A DNA stretch of 53,394 nt, counting the filler, from Bipalium vagum (taxonomy: Eukaryota), in assembly GCA_037834085.1 (NCBI GenBank). It is 3 parts of 3 records of this genome, joined end to end, with 100 filler letters (N's around TTAATTAATTAA, not from the genome) between each part and the next. Parts side by side here need not be neighbours in the genome. Positions count along the whole stretch, not along the records: positions 37,546 to 53,394 come from JBBMKC010142428.1; 2 more parts are not named here. The stretch is one strand, 5' to 3'. Position numbers and translations under genes: made by a program. The notes beneath the pieces are model-generated. The model was given only the letters and a program-made list of their open reading frames with translations. It made no database searches and was not told the origin of the DNA. Positions 51,061-53,394 of this stretch are shown here, one piece after another; position 1 is the stretch's first letter; the number at the start of each line of letters is the position of its first letter.

Positions 51061-53325
51061 TAAATCAATATAAATCAATATTAAAACCATAACGAAAACT
51101 AATGTTTTGTGCGAAAAATTATAAAGATATTATTTAAAGAAAAACAATATTATTTTATAAACATTTCATTTATTTATAATAGGCTTATAAAGTAATCCAA
51201 AGTGACAAAATTAAAATTTTCAAAAGATATTTATATTTATATATAATGGGATTTAAATTAACAAAATTGACGGAAATAAAAAAATTATCTCCCTATAATA
51301 CTTTTATAGCCTGAAGTGATGAAATAGAATAAAAATTGATTCTCAGAGAAAATTCAATTTTTTGATATTTTTCATTAAAGTCATTGGTAAGGTTTGTTTT
51401 ACTGTTCGAATTTTAATATTTTCTCCAGTGATGTGGGCTTGATGCCAGAAATATTAATTAGACCAAATTAGCAAATATAAATATTTATTTAATGTAGTAT
51501 GTTCATTACATTGGCATTTTCCGTTTTAATTATTATTAATATTATACGTATTAAAATGTGTTTCTGAGTTCATTGATAAGGTTTTCCAGGCGAAAATATC
51601 CAATTCCACAATTTATCTATCTAAAAAATATTTTCAACTAATAATTAACGTTTTCATTTAAAATTATTATCTGAATTTATAAGAGATTATAATCATAATA
51701 ATAAAATATGATGCAGCTATAAAATAATAATGTCATTAATTATTAATAGTTTATTCTTGAATTCATGCAATTAATATAAATATTATTATTAAATAATATA
51801 ATAATCAATAAGTTTATACTCGAAACTTGTACAACCACAAGCTCGTCTCTGCATTGTAATTCTTCTAGGCCATTGAGGTCGGTAATATTTCTAATATATT
51901 TTACAGTTCCATTAATGTCCGCTAGATCAAAAACCTCTGAATGAATTTAACAATAATCAATATATTGACTTAATATTTACAAATTTGGCCCGTGCCTGAT
52001 ATACAGTTGAAACAAATTGATATATAAACAAAAAAAATAATATCCATATAACGTAAACAAGCGATACAAGTATTTATGAATACGGTTTGTCTGGAATGTT
52101 GATTGGTGCTAAAAATAAAACAGTGATTGTGACATCTTTTAACGAGTCATTTCATTACGATCGGTTATCGTCATTAAAAAATTCAAGGTTCCATTGTGCC
52201 TTGTTCGAATTTTATGACATTTCTAACAATGACATTATCTATCTTAAATTGTTACAAAAAATCAGTAGAACAACGGGCAAATATTTTTAAATTTCAAATT
52301 GGATAAAAATACCAACCAGAAAATTATAAAGTACTTTGAGTCCAAAGAATATATTTAAATAGTACTTCAGGTTTTTGAGAAAATCCTCGTGTTAGAAATC
52401 CTGTGAGCAAAAATTCTATCCAACTGAAAATTTTATGCAAGATTTATGGTATACTGATACTGATGGTCTACCAGACTTGTTGAAGAAATCACTAATAATC
52501 CTGGGGAAAGTGAATACAACATTTAAGAAAAGATTGTAAAAATCACAAAAGGGTTTTGTGTGATCTAAACGAAGCAGGAGTTGTCTATTGTCATGATATG
52601 TAAAAAACGTGAATCATTTCAAAATCTTTGGTTCTTTTAATGTCACCGACAAAATGTGAAACCCAGGAATCGAGTTCTTCACATGACCATTTGAGAATAT
52701 ATTTTATTATTAGAATATATTTAAGAACATTCTTCGATTCTACAGGTATACCCATAAGTAATTTTTTCAAGAAAATCAAATAGTTGATTGAAAATATTAC
52801 TTTGATATTAGGTCTCTATGTTCAAATAGAACTAAGAGAGGTTGTCAGAAACATTGTATACAATGTTTTTGGTCGTTTTTATATGATAATAGACCTGCAC
52901 ACAAGATGTTTCGACTTTTTAGGAAGAGCACATATTCTTTGCTTACCCATCTCTTCTATTCACTGAATTTGGCATATTAAGACTTCAAAATATTCCCAGG
53001 ACATAATATGGCTTTGACTGAGATATAAATATTTAAAAGAAAATACCATATCGTAGAATGGCGAACAAAAAAGACGAAACATAATTTGAAACATATGTCT
53101 AAACAGAATTAGCAGTACAGTTTTGAAATATTGGTTATAATTGCTTCAAAACTGTATCGAATCCAAAGGAATGTATTTTGAATAAGTGTAGTTGAACATG
53201 TTCTTATTTAAGAGATTGTCTTAACGTTGTCAAAATGTCAATAAAAAAGAGTACTGCTAACATATTCTGTCTCTTTACAAGATGTTAAACTCGTTTTTAA
53301 AAAATATGAAAAACCGGATACTAAA

Positions 53326-53394
<69 letters not shown>
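53326..53394. repeat. (AAT)n microsatellite
   Basis: Perfect AAT repeat to the window end. Confidence 0.98.

Overview
Very AT-rich animal genomic DNA. It is probably a planarian-type flatworm, inferred from the innexin N-terminus, the 50-66 nt short-intron class, (AAT)n tracts and the transposon spectrum. The window is three contigs joined by artificial 100-bp linkers (44 N + TTAATTAATTAA + 44 N). Host genes: (1) an intact single-exon innexin (4480-5772, +); (2) ten exons of a MAP4K3/MAP4K5/happyhour-type kinase (21958-35792, -), including three 21-23 nt microexons, with both the kinase N-lobe and the CNH domain missing at the gaps; (3) seven 3' exons of an ADAM (Cys-rich, EGF, TM, cytoplasmic tail; 41953-44008, -), possibly UNC-71/mind-meld-like. 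The rest is decayed mobile DNA: a Gypsy pol fragment, an IS1595/ISXO2 (Merlin-type) transposase ending in a TA/CAGGG inverted repeat, Chapaev3, many Tc1/mariner elements (DD34E, DD34D, DD37D-like, DD41D-like, one cleanly nested), small MITEs and a Penelope-like element. The most notable element is a Polinton/Maverick (adintovirus-like) relic carrying a PLA2-like gene, integrase and adenain-type cysteine protease (about 17.0-19.1 kb). All assignments come from manual translation and motif recognition; no database searches were run. I see no clearly new multi-gene system. The best leads are the Polinton relic, the hybrid ISXO2/TA-end element and the MAP4K microexon cluster.
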